Shown: in pieces, positions 28,687 to 41,267 of the stretch
Numbering within the stretch: the first letter of the stretch is position 1
How the letters are laid out: the number at the start of each line of letters is the position of its first letter
Source of the DNA: Octopus sinensis
Taxonomy: Eukaryota
Direction: 5' to 3'
Assembly: GCF_006345805.1 (NCBI RefSeq)
Contig: NC_043001.1
Coordinates: 8,742,001 to 8,806,000 of the forward strand
Length of the DNA stretch: 64,000 bases
Position numbers and translations under genes: made by a program
The notes under the pieces: model-generated
Database searches by the model: none
What the model saw: only the letters and a program-made list of their open reading frames with translations
What the model was told of the DNA's origin: nothing

Positions 28687-29607
28687 TATATGAGAATTTC
28701 TTTTACAAGAGGATTGTAATCGTAGAAACACCCAAAGGAAAACATAATCCGTCTTGTAATAAAACGCTTGGCTTGAATACCGTTTTACTTTGTTTTTGTT
28801 AAGACCAAAACGAAATTTTGTAAGTAAAATGGTATTTCTCATTATTAGACGTTTGTTTGAAAATATTGTTACGTGAATAATTTTAGGTGCCGGTCTCGAT
28901 ATCGAAAACCTATTTCCAGAGTGACAGTACGGAAGAAACAGATATATTTCCAGATTGATATTTCCTTGACTATATTATCGGGATTATATGGTGCAACACC
29001 ACTTCCAATTTAACTGGATAGAATTCGAATGAGATTCCCTGTGATTCCTAGGAGATCGAGAGATTTCATTGGAGCTCCGTAATTTTCTTCGGTTCACCCG
29101 TTACTTCGAATGTTGTTTCAGTAGGGTTCGAACATTATTGAAACTCTATATATAACAGGAAGCACCTCTCCCATGCCATTCATATTTACCTGCGTAGCAC
29201 ACAATCAGTTATAAGTGAGCCTACGTATATTTTGTATATACAAAACACATCATCCACAGAATAGTCCCTATTGTTTTCTTATGTATAAATAGTTATAATT
29301 ATAAACTGTCAACATTCAAATCCGCCAAATTCGTTCTGTAGTTCACTGCTTCACTCACTGATCGGTTCTACACCAGCGTGCTTAATATCAAATATATTCC
29401 TCTATATCTAACAAATGAGGAATTATGTACATTATTTACATAATTTACATTTGTCGAATTGTTGTCCTTATCTTGTTTGTTGTTAACAGAACGTATCGGC
29501 TGATATGCCCTCCAGCCTTCATCAGGTATATTGGGGAAATTTCGAACCTGGATTCACATTCCTCAGGTATTTTTCGATGTTATTAATATCATCATCATCA
29601 TTATTTA

Positions 29608-29678
29608 GGTCACTGCCTGGAATCGAACTCGGAATCTTGGGGTTAGTAGACCGCTATCTTAACCACTACGCTATATGC
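29608..29678 (-). pseudogene. tRNA-like sequence / Pol III internal promoter (not a canonical tRNA gene)
   Basis: Minus: GCATA-TAGCGTAGTGG (A box)-TTAAGATAGCGGTCTACTAACCCCAAGATTCC-GAGTTCGATTCC (B box)-AGGCAGTGACC. Confidence 0.75.
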
Positions 29679-29715
29679 ACTTAGGAATGAGAAACTAGGT
29701 TCGAAATTTCCCGAA

Positions 29716-29761
29716 GACATCTGATGAAGGCTGGAAGGTATATCAGCCGAAACTTTGTGTT
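29716..29761 (+). ncRNA. Minimal type I hammerhead-like motif (degenerate at 16.2)
   Basis: GACAU-CUGAUGA-A-GGCUG-gaagguauau-CAGCC-GAAAC-UUU-GUGUU; the opposite arm reads CUGAUGA-A-GGCUG..CAGCC-GAUAC-GUU. Confidence 0.65.
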
Positions 29762-31258
29762 AACAACAAAAAAGATGAGGACAACTTTCCATCAAAAGTA
29801 AATAATGTAAATATATTCCTGTTGTCACAATACATTGAGATGTTTTAGTGGCTGACATTTCTAGTAGTTAATGTCTCGACATCTGTTGCTTCTTTTTGTT
29901 TATGTACAGAGAACTTAACTAACCGTAGCGGGCTGGTATTAGGGTCTCCTCTGATACTTGCTTCTGAAAGATTAAACCCATTGGAAAATAGAAGAAATAG
30001 ATGACGAGGAAGATCAAGTGTGCTGATAAGCATTTTACTCCACAGCACTGACTTTAAAAAGTCAAAAGACATTTTGGAATTAGCAGGAAAAACGAATTGA
30101 AATTCTGTCAGGTAGCGTAACGACTGTTGCATAATATTTGTTAGTATTGATTCGAGTTTGTATAATTTTCTAATGGAAACATAGTCAGTGTTTATGGGTA
30201 TATTTTCCGACAGGTCTCAATGTTACTTTCGACTGTCGTCTATAATGTTCGACTGTCGTCTTTCATAATAAGAGATTTCTTGGCGGTAAAATACTTAATT
30301 GAGTATGTGAGATGTCAAGTTGTAGTTCCCAGTTACTTAATTTCTTATTCTTTTTCGGTCTAGTATTAGAAACTTGTTTGGTATTTCATAATACCTTTGT
30401 TACACTTACTTCTAACACGTAAATAGTCTTGTAGGTATTAAAGGTACTCCAGTCCTATTACATTCAGAACACGGTATATTGGAATTATCTAAACTACAAA
30501 CCGCTATACTAACTTAATGTATTTAATATCTACAATTGCCGATCACATTTTTTTCCATTTCTAGTTTAATCATTTTACACCACGTATATTGACTGACTTA
30601 GTAGATTCCCATTCAACACTAGGCATGAACCTGAAATTATATTAATCTTTCGTTTCCTTCTGATTTGAAGTTACAACTTACGAACTCATTCAAACCTTTC
30701 TCCAGCTGAACATTTAACATAATATTGCATGACATCCTTTATTGCACATGCTTCTCGAAAATAGAGTTAATATCCTTGGGCATATTTGGGAAATCAATAG
30801 TTACCAAGATCGTGGTAGCGAAGTTAAATGTCAGCAAAGCAAGCAGAGGCGATGCATACACTGGTCTAATTGACATAAACTTAACTCATTAAGTGCTTTA
30901 TATAAACATGCACGCGCACATATATACATGTGCGTGTCTAGGAAGGAACAACGTAGAAAATGTGCGTATACACGATGAGGACTAATGCAATAATGTTACA
31001 GAGTTCTAATGCGTGGTGGGCAGTTTGAACAAATATAAACTTATTTTGTGTGTATGTGTGGATGTGTGTGAGTGTGTGCGGTTCTGTGAATTTTTAAGAT
31101 TGTGTTAGTTACTGCATGTCTAACTCGATGTATTTGTGTACTTTTAAGTACATTTTGATTCCGTCATACACACAGGGGCCGTATTCGGTTTTGGTTGTGG
31201 CACTTCTTCAGTATCACTCACACACACACAGATATGTATATAATATATATATATATAT

Positions 31259-31295
<37 letters not shown>

Positions 31296-31619
31296 CTGTG
31301 TGTGGGTATATATATATATATATATATAATTTACATCTAATATAGGATAAAATGTTTCGAAAACAATTCTATCAATGGCCAGCATATTAAAAAATACCTT
31401 TTAAAGGTTAAATTTATAAACAACTTATAAACAAGGGCAAAAGAAAAAAACATTTGACATTAGAATTTTTTCTTTTGCCCTTATTTATGAGTTGTTTACA
31501 CACACACACACACACACACACATGTCTTTAATTTAAATATCGATCTTATCAAGTGGCCAGTATGGGAATAAAAACCTTCACAGGTAATAAATATTATTAA
31601 AATTATATTTTACGGTATC

Positions 31620-32096
31620 TAAGAGATACTTGGACGCGGGAAATAGCAGCCAAAACTTGACTCTAAAACCATTCTATAGATCGATATTTAATGTAACGAT
31701 ATTATCCTTATTTATATAAATTTATATATTTATTTCGTTATTATATTTACTGCTGTGATATTTTGACCATATCGCACATTGGAGTCATGGGCGGGCAATT
31801 TAAACTGGTCGTGGGCATATGTGCATATATATGTATCTATACGTTCGTATATGTAAGTATTCGTATGTTATATGTATATATATATCTATTTATTTATGTT
31901 ACTATCTGTGCATATTCTACTGATGAAGCAAAGTATTTCTTATGCAGAGCCAGAAATCCGGGATATGGAATTATCCAGTAATTTTTTACTAGTTTATTTT
32001 GTTATTTTTGTCTTATCTCCTGGTGCTGTACGAACATTTAATGTGGTTTAAGAGTCACATTTTGGCTGCTATTTCCAGCTTGGAGGTATCTCTTAC
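31620..32096. repeat. ~50-bp imperfect inverted repeat pair (possible old MITE)
   Basis: AAGAGATAC..GGAAATAGCAGCCAAAA..GACTCT.AAACCA at 31620-31672 and its reverse complement at 32043-32096. Confidence 0.6.
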
Positions 32097-32124
32097 AATA
32101 TATACATACACACACACACATATA

Positions 32125-32186
<62 letters not shown>

Positions 32187-32391
32187 ACGGAGATTTAGTT
32201 CACAGGTGTTCTGAACGATTAGGTATGCTAGGTAAGTGCTGTAACGGATTGTTAGGGGTCCAAGGTTATTACCAAGACGGTAGTTATGGAACCATTGCAG
32301 ATTTCCGATGCAGCAGATATATAACTGTCAAAGAGAGCACAAAACGTTAAGGCAAATCAAACATCTCAAGTCGTATACATTATTAATATTA

Positions 32392-32698
32392 TTGAAAAAA
32401 AATTTAAACTCTTACAGATGTTTCTTGGATATCCTCGAGTATGGGATATTCCGTCGTCAGAGACAAATAGGGAAATATAGCGAAAATGTGAATGGCATAT
32501 ATTAATGAGATGACGACATATAGTAAGGAAGTAAAGGAAGAAGGAGATGAAGTAAGAAAAGAAAAATGAAGCAAGTCGTCATATCATTAATATATAGCAT
32601 TCTTATTTTCGCTATTTTTCACTATTTGTCTCTGATGACGGAATATCCAATAGCCGGATATCTCAGAAACAGCCGTAAGATATTGAATTTTTCCAATA
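32392..32698. mobile_element. Inverted-repeat element (~95-bp arms) with divergent minimal HHR motifs
   Basis: Arms 32392-32487 and 32606-32698. Plus: UGUCU-CUGAUGA-stem II-GAAAC-AGCC-GUA-AGAUA (32627-32682). Minus: UGUCU-CUGACGA-stem II-GAAAC-AUCU-GUA-AGA (32408-32465). Confidence 0.8.
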
Positions 32699-32707
32699 GT
32701 AATAATG

Positions 32708-32742
<35 letters not shown>

Positions 32743-32766
32743 TAATAATAATAATAATAATAATAA

Positions 32767-33415
<649 letters not shown>

Positions 33416-33479
33416 ACTTGAGATATCTGCCTTATTTAAAGCATTATTGCCCGGAGGAGGCCAAACACAGTGGAAAAAC

Positions 33480-33656
33480 GAAGGGATTATGCCGATTATT
33501 TCAACCCCAGTGCATGACTGGTATTTATTTAATCGATTCCGAAAGGATGAAAGGTAAAGTCGACATCGGCGACCTTTGAACTCAGAACGTAACGGCAGAC
33601 GAAATACCGCTAAGCATTTCGCCCGGCGTGCTAACTATTCTGCCAGCTCGCCGCCA
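33480..33656 (-). mobile_element. Family M SINE
   Basis: Reverse complement GGCGGCGAGCTGGCAGAATAGTTAGCACGCCGGGCGAAATGCTTAGCGG.. Confidence 0.88.
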
Positions 33657-33883
33657 TATATATATATGCATATGTGTGTGTGTGTGCGTGTATATATATG
33701 TATATATATATGTATTTATATATATATATATATATATATTTAGCAATTTCCCGAAATGCAATTCGAAAAATGTCTGACATTTACAGGATGTAATATATGT
33801 AAACTCACCCATGTGCTTCCTTGATGTTGATCAGTTAGCTGATCGGCTTAAGCGAGGCAGGGTCGTTTATGTATGATATATCC

Positions 33884-33931
33884 AGGCCTGCTGATGAGTA
33901 CGTAAGTATGAAATCACTGTGATACAGGTCT
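33884..33931 (+). ncRNA. Type I hammerhead ribozyme, copy 1
   Basis: AGGCCUG-CUGAUGA-GUAC(GUAA)GUAU-GAAA-UCAC U GUGA-UA-CAGGUCU. Intact core, GNRA-capped stem II, 7-bp stem I, AUA cleavage triplet (cut after 33924). Confidence 0.85.
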
Positions 33932-34359
33932 ATATTTTTTAAATGTCTTACTTTGAAAAATTGCATTCGGTGGGATTAGTAATATTTTTGGTAGAAATGA
34001 CTAATTGTCCCTCTTAGCGTGTGGCATGTATGTATAATGCCATCTGGCATGTATGTATAATGCCCTCTATATATAATTAATATGTTCAATAAGAAATAAT
34101 TATTTTCGAAATTTTTTCTCTTATGAGGTTTTCACGCTATCTACCTGACAATTTCTTGTTAAGTTTTCCTTATTAAGTAGTTGTCCTTAATTGCTAAATT
34201 TTTATTCCGAAAAAACTTTTCCTTTCCCGAAATGCAATTCGAAAAAAGTCTGACATTTACAGGATGTAATATATGTAAACTCACCCATGTGCTTCGTTGA
34301 TGTTGATCAGTCAGCTGATCGGCTTAAGCGAGGCAGGGTCGTTTATGTATGATATATCC

Positions 34360-34407
34360 AGGCCTGCTGATGAATACGTAAGTATGAAATCACTGTGATA
34401 CAGGTCT
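34360..34407 (+). ncRNA. Type I hammerhead ribozyme, copy 2
   Basis: Same fold with stem II AUAC(GUAA)GUAU; predicted cut after 34400. Confidence 0.85.
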
Positions 34408-34540
34408 ATATTTTTTAAATGTCTTACTTTGAAAAATTGCATTCGGTGGGATTAGTAATATTTTTGGTAGAAATGACTAATTGTCCCTCTTAGCGTGTGG
34501 CATGTATGTATAATGCCATCTGGCATGTATGTATAATGCC

Positions 34541-34602
<62 letters not shown>

Positions 34603-35040
34603 TTAAATCCTTTAAAATGTTTTAGCCCGAAGGCCGTGGCCATGCTGGGGCAATATATATATATATATATATATAATATATATATATATACACACATATA
34701 TATAATCTATACATATACACACACATTTGCACATTTATACTTCCATTCATATACATGCACGCATACACAGTCACACATAAACACACACATATATTACGGA
34801 AGAAGTGCCACTATCAAAATGAAACTTTACTCCTTTCGGTGCAACGTAATCACAAATATCCTTAAAAGTTCACCCATATTCTTTCACGTTAATTTATTTA
34901 TAAACATTGTTCAAAAGTCATCGATATCCTATTTCACTTATATCCTCCTAAACACATTGATACCTACAGGCCTTCAGATTTCCACATGAAAACACGTTTT
35001 CTCTCTTGTCCCTCAAACCCTTTTTTTCTTTTATTTCCAG

Positions 35041-35052
35041 GAAATTGACTGC
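35041..35052 (+). other. Candidate 12-nt micro-exon (GAAATTGACTGC)
   Basis: Long polypyrimidine tract ..CCCTTTTTTTCTTTTATTTCCAG, then 12 nt, then GTGAGT donor; no host gene identified. Confidence 0.3.
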
Positions 35053-35368
35053 GTGAGTTGCAGAAGAGCATTGGCAAGCATGGTGTACTGAATTTTTCTG
35101 TTGTTCTACTAGACTTGTAAATACGAAAAATTCGTTGTCGCTCAACAAAGCACAACCACAGTCAATCTTATTCCCTCGTAACAAAAGAAAGACCAAACGC
35201 TCAAGTGTTAAGGGGAGGAGCAAAAAAGGAATTGATAGTGGGACATTTCGACTTCTGTATGAAGATTCAATTGGGCTGACAGAATATTTATTAGTAATCG
35301 ACTCCAATAGCACACGTAGCAAAACAGTAAAAAAAGAACATAAGCCCTAAAATGATAACGCTAAAAAT

Positions 35369-35810
35369 CTCTTTACTCTTTTTACTCTTTTATCTGTTTC
35401 AGTCATTTGACTGTGGCCATGATGGAACACCGCCTTTAGTCGAGCGAATCGACCCCACTACTTATTCTTTGTAAGCCTAGTACTTATTCTATCGGTATTT
35501 TTTGCTGAACCGCTAAATTACGGGGACGTAAACACACCACTGTCGGTTGTCAAGCGATGTTGGGAGGACAAACACACACACACAAACATACACACTCACA
35601 CACACACACATACACACTCATACACATATATATACATATATATATACGACGGACTTCCTTCAGTTACCGTCTACCAAACCCACTCACAAGGCTTTGGTCG
35701 ACCCGAGGTTATAGTAGAAGACACTTGCCCATGGTGCCAAGCAGTGGGACTGAACCCGGAACCATGTGGTTTGTAAGCAAGCTACTTACGAAACAGCCAT
35801 TCCTACACCT
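35369..35810 (-). mobile_element. Family C SINE, full length
   Basis: Reverse complement of the 16947-17382 type, with head AGGTGTAGGAATGGCTG. Confidence 0.88.
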
Positions 35811-35825
35811 GAAAAGAATAGAAAG

Positions 35826-35945
35826 ACGTTTACAGCATCTAGGTTTCCAAAGCGGTCACCCATCTAAGAACTAACGAGGTTCGACGTTGCTCAACTTCGG
35901 TCATCGGACGAGAACCAGTTTTTTGAAAGGCATATGGCCGTAATC
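35826..35945 (-). pseudogene. 5S rRNA pseudogene
   Basis: Minus: GATTACGGCCATA..CTGGTTCTCGTCCGATGACCGAAGTTGAGCAACGTCG..GTTAGTTCTTAGATGGGTGACCGC..GGAAACCTAGATGCTGTAAAC; colinear with metazoan 5S but with many substitutions. Confidence 0.88.
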
Positions 35946-36079
35946 TATAGGAAAATATTTACAGATATGTGTCTACATACACATACTTACAAAAACATAT
36001 AGAAAATAAGACAGAAATATATACACACACAGACACGTACGCAACATAGATACACTGAAACCCATCCATCCATATACAT

Positions 36080-36405
36080 GTGTATGAATGTATTTTGTGT
36101 GTGTCTGTGTGTGGGTGTGCGTGTGGGTGGGTTGGTGTGTGTCTGTGTGTGTGTGTGCACGTGTGTATATGTGTGTTTATGTCCGTTCGTGGTGTGTGTG
36201 TGTGTGCCTGTGTGTGGGTGTACGTGTGTGTGTGTGGGTGTGGGTGTGTGCACGTGTGTATAGGTGTGTTTATGTCCGTTCGTGGTGTGTGTGTGTGTGT
36301 CTGTGTGTTGTGTGCGTGTGGGTGTGTGTGTGTGTCTGTGTGTGGGTGTGTGTGTGTCTGTGTGTGGGTGTGCGTGTGTATGTGTGTGTGTGTGTGTGTG
36401 TGTCC
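36080..36405. repeat. Compound (TG)n tract with an internal ~93-bp duplicated unit
   Basis: GCACGTGTGTAT..TTTATGTCCGTTCGTGG occurs twice. Confidence 0.9.
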
Positions 36406-39400
36406 AATATCATACCAAACAAAATATGGACCCCTTATAATTTTCGCAGAATGTTGAAGGAAAATCACGTGACCTTATTCTTATTGTTGGTAAATTATCG
36501 TCTGTACTCAACGCTTTGTTTTTATTTATTTTAATGTTATTGTATAACGTGCGAGACATGGTATTCTCTATTTCCAAGAATTCTTCCATTGTCAGTTTTA
36601 CTTTATTTCTTGCAGACGACAACAACTAAGCTTCGCAAATTTGTTGTCACTGAAAAGGCGACTCCATTTTTGTTGTAAATTCATGTCATAAACACAGGAT
36701 CATAAAGATAGTCTGTCATAGTTTATCAAGAATACGATTTCCACAAAAACAGATACGACAAAGACTAAAAAAAAATACATATAAATTGTTATAGGAACAG
36801 ATTATGATATTGATGAAATTAGAGGCATCGTAAGAACTAATGGTGCGAAGTGTAATATTTATGTATTTATAAATATCTTTACAGGAGAGTCCACTTTTTC
36901 CTATACTCTAATATAACATTACTGAAATGATATTTTTTTTTGGATTAAAAGTGGCACGCATATTTAGGTAGACCGTCTGTTCTTTCTAATTTGTCTGAAT
37001 GCTTTAGTCTCAACTGATATTTAAAGACCATATTGAACAAGCAACGTATGATAATATCTGAGCGTTATGAATCACTAATTTGCAAGTGTTCTTCCCCCGT
37101 AGATGTCTTGTTCAATTATTTATATCATGAATATAACTTCGTTCATCATCAGTTACGAAGAATCTTACACAAACATACATCCACATACACAAAAGTGTTC
37201 TTTTCTCTGTGTGTGTGTGCGTCTGTCTCTATGTCTGTTTATCTGTCTGAGAGCGTGCGTGTGTGTTTGTTTTTATATCCTGTGGAATATATTTTCACTG
37301 GACATTTTGCAGCATTTCTCTGTTATCAGAATATTGATATGAATAAAATGTTTTATTTCCCTTCTTCTATTATTTACCTTTACTCCTATTTTGCTTATTT
37401 ATTACAATAATATTTTCATAAAGCATCCCATAGGCACACATTCTAGTTATTTCTTTCCAATCTATAGCACTTGCCACTTCGTATTTAGATTTGCTTTTTA
37501 TTGACCTCGCTTTTTAATATAACAATTTTCTTTTTGCTTCCATATTTTTCACTGCAGGCTATAATATATTTATTCATAGCTTTCTGAATCAAATATAGCC
37601 ATTTTGAATTGTATATTTTATGCCCGCATAATTCGAATCCCTTAGATTCATAACTTCGTTCAAGATCAGTTAAGAAGAATTTTACGCAGACACACATTTG
37701 CACATATGTATGCGTTTGTATTCGAGTCAGCCTATAAATAACTGTACGAAAACACAAAGACAACACACACACATATGCAGACTACACATACGTGTGTTTG
37801 CTTTTCTATATATATATATAGCTTTGTTTAGCAATTTTTTCTGTCTTCTGAATTCATTCTACAGTTCAATTATGTCTCTAGTCAATATCTATAAAATGTG
37901 GTAAATATTGCATAGAAAGAAGTCCACTGTTACTATATTTCCAAAATACATGAATAACATACGTTCTAGTTTTCTTCTCAAAGCCAAATTTATGTGTTTC
38001 TTCTGCTAGGAGCCACAGTGTTTTCTCGAAATATTTGAAGCCTGATTGGTTCATTTACGTATGAGTACTTGAATAGCATATGTTTCATAGATGCGGTTAC
38101 TGTCTCCAATATACAAAACTTTTGGAAATTACATTTAACTATTAGGCAATTGTTCTCAATCGTGATATACACACTGGTTTATTTTAAATTGCACATTTTG
38201 TAGAGAAATTGCACGGAATGTTTTGATTATAAATATATTATCAAGAGCCAAAGATAAACGATTCTATCAATTTAATGTCTTATAGTACTTACACACAATA
38301 TAATAAAACCAGAAGGAGGTATGAAAAATATTTTATTCATTAACTTTTAAATAACTCCAAAATAGATTTTCTTACCTTTGTAAAATTAATTTTTGACATC
38401 ACAGAACATTTGTATTATCCTGCACCTCAGGTGATTTTTATTGTAACTTCAGTTTAGTTCACATAATATTATTTTCTGAGTGTTGTTATGTAATTCCATT
38501 ATTCTATATTTTGTTACGATTTACAAATAAGATCTAGCTTTGCACGTAACTGGACATCGTTTTGTTTTTACTAGACGAGAGAAAGTCAATGTTAATTTGT
38601 ACTTTCGAATTCTTAGAGCAGCGCATCATAGTACAAGATTTACATTTGTATTTCAGCAAGCAACACTTCAGAATTCCTAAGAGTTATTCCTGGTTTTCTT
38701 TTACTACATGGCAGCTTTTCTAATGAAATGAAACAGCTAAATTCTTTTCCATGTTAGCCTAACATATTTCTTCAAAATGTTTCCCTCTGGCTGTAACTTC
38801 TCTTATATATCCACGGTTATGTCTCCGTGTTTTTCATCTAACATTCTTTTTCTCTAACGCCTAGTCTCTCCCTCACACGCTTTCTCTCTCTGTCTCTCTC
38901 TCTCTCGCTCCCTGTCCATCTCTTTTCCTACCTCTCTCTACCCCGTCTGACTCTAAGTGATCTCTGCATCTATCTTACAATTTTGAACAGATTTCTGCCT
39001 TCGAGCTATGTTCGTAGATGAATCGGCAATATGATAGTTATAATTATGAAAGCATGACATTCAGCCACATTAATAAAACTAGTTTAACTAAGTCTGAAAT
39101 CAGTTAACTTTATCAAGGAATGTAACAAATGCGGAAATCATAAAACTGTGATGCGTGCACTTACATACAGAAAGGAAAATACAAACATTTATTTCTTATA
39201 GCTACACTGACGCAAGTATTTAAGCAAACCTCTGCAAATACAAGTCTTTACTAATACCTGCACACACATATTTATGTTACATTCACACACCTGTATTTCA
39301 TATACGTGTGTGTGTGTGTATGTGTGTGTGTCTATGAATGCATAGATAACTATATACATACTCGAGAGTAATGACACACGTGGATCGTGTTCATCGACTT

Positions 39401-40897
39401 TATTATACCATAGCTAACATTTATGCTACACTGCCATCTTCGATAAAGAAGTGGTTTTTCTTCTGATCATATTTGCTGAAATCATCTCCTATTCAAAATG
39501 ATAGGGATATCCGTCTCAAACTTGGATTTTCTATGCCGGAATCTATAACACAAACGACAAGTCTAGAAATGAGGAAATCAGCAAGAACCGAGAGAAAACA
39601 ACGAAAATGGTAAACGTTTTTTTATACATACATACATACATAAATACATTCATACATATTTAGATCATACATAGATGCATTCATTCATACATACATACAT
39701 ACATACATACATACATACATACATACATACATACATACATACATACATACATACATACATACTTACATACATACATAGAATACTCGAAATGCAAATCTCT
39801 CAAGAGAAGATTATTTCAGCTTGAAAATACCCTTTTCTTGAAATCCTCCTCCAAATAACATAGATAAAAACGTAAATGTACTTATCCTTAAGGCGCTTAA
39901 AGAAATCGATGGAGAATATTTACAACAATGTTGTTTTGAAAATCTAAGCTTGCTTATATACACTCTCTCATCAACTACACAGCTCTGATATACGGAAGAA
40001 TTAAAGAATTGAGATAACACTAACGTGCCATTCTGGATTTGGAAACTGGTAAAAACAGTTTGCTCAATTTATGGAGAAATGGCACTTATATGGCGTTGTT
40101 CCTTATATGGAAACGGACAAATAAATAGAATCCGTACCTAACTGTGTGTGAAAAATAAAATAGGAACAGCGTTAGAAATCAGTAAATGGGAAACGCTTGA
40201 GATATGATTATCTTCCTTAATTAGGAGAAAACGCCGTCAGTAAAAACTCCACCGAGAAATGAAAGTAGCTGAGCCAAACATTATTAAGAAGAAAGTTAAT
40301 CAGAACAACTTAGCATTTTACAGGTATATGAGGGATGAATTAAACATATCACACAGAGTTTCTTTCTCAGGTAGAATCAGATTCATTCTGAAGAAAAATG
40401 TAGCGATTCAAAGGTGTTTGATCAGAGTTTTGATTTGGGACGTGGCCTACAAGAAGTCAGAAGTAAATACTCATCCACTAGCCTAGGGAATCAGTTTCGA
40501 AACTTATCAGACGGTGTTTGAAGCACATCAGCACTAGGAAGCGGTTTTGGGTGCTGGTAAATAATTAAACTTCTGCACTGGCAGAAGTAAAGCTAATATC
40601 CTCAAATAATGCCACTCGCAAGGTGACAAATGCTAATTTACTGCCAGCGTCGCACGTATAAATTGTACACAGCTTGTAAAACCTGTTCCACTATGATGCT
40701 GAGGAGGAGTTAACTTCACCGCAATTAATGCATCCACCAGGGTGGATAGAGGGCGCTTCAGACTTCTTCTGTTTACACCGATTTGTCTACAACCTGACAT
40801 TTTCTCTTTCACAAAATATATAAGGAATGGCTTTCTTAGGAGTTTGCATATACCTCTAGAATATTTTGACTAACAATTTTGTTTACATACATACATG

Positions 40898-40939
<42 letters not shown>

Positions 40940-41119
40940 GGGGAGAGGGGCGATATATATGTATATATCGATATATATGTATATATATATATTATATAAC
41001 TATTTTTGCGTGTATCTATAGATATATACATTACATATTATATAACAGATATATGCTTATCTGCACACACACACATACACACACATGTATATATAAGTGC
41101 GTGTGTATGTGTATGTACT

Positions 41120-41267
41120 TTTACTTTTACTTTACTTTTACTTGTTTCAGTCATTTGACTGTGGCCATGCTGGAGCACCGCCTTTAGTCGAGCAAATCGA
41201 CCCCGGGACTTATTCTTTGTAAGCCCAGTACTTATTCTATCGGTCTCTTTTTGCCGAACCGCTAAGT
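41120..41267 (-). mobile_element. 3' fragment of family C SINE
   Basis: TTTTACTTGTTTCAGTCATTTGACTGTGGCCATGCTGGAGCACCGCC..GAACCGCTAAG. Confidence 0.88.

Larger units (their letters stand above)
29418..29820. mobile_element. Inverted-repeat element (~140-bp arms), each arm with a minimal HHR motif, enclosing a tRNA-like sequence
   Basis: 29418-29563 is the reverse complement of 29683-29820; HHR motifs at 29485-29530 (-) and 29716-29761 (+). Confidence 0.85.
33747..34551 (+). repeat. Direct repeat of 329 bp (33747-34075 and 34223-34551) with a 147-bp spacer; period 476 nt; each copy contains an HHR
   Basis: Four substitutions seen between the copies by manual comparison. Confidence 0.95.

Noticed and set aside
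28867-29249. TGTTAC..ACA segment with a TATA box, resembling a solo LTR
   Set aside because: No target-site duplication and no second copy in the window.
29608-29678. Functional tRNA gene
   Set aside because: The acceptor stem pairs poorly and it is embedded in a repeat; treated as tRNA-like only.
30225-30270. Minus-strand GAC-GACA-GTC-GAAA hairpin, duplicated, resembling HHR stem II
   Set aside because: Core and stem I are absent.
31915-31965. CTGATGAAGCA..TGC..GAAAT
   Set aside because: Stem II does not abut GAAA and no stem I or III is found.
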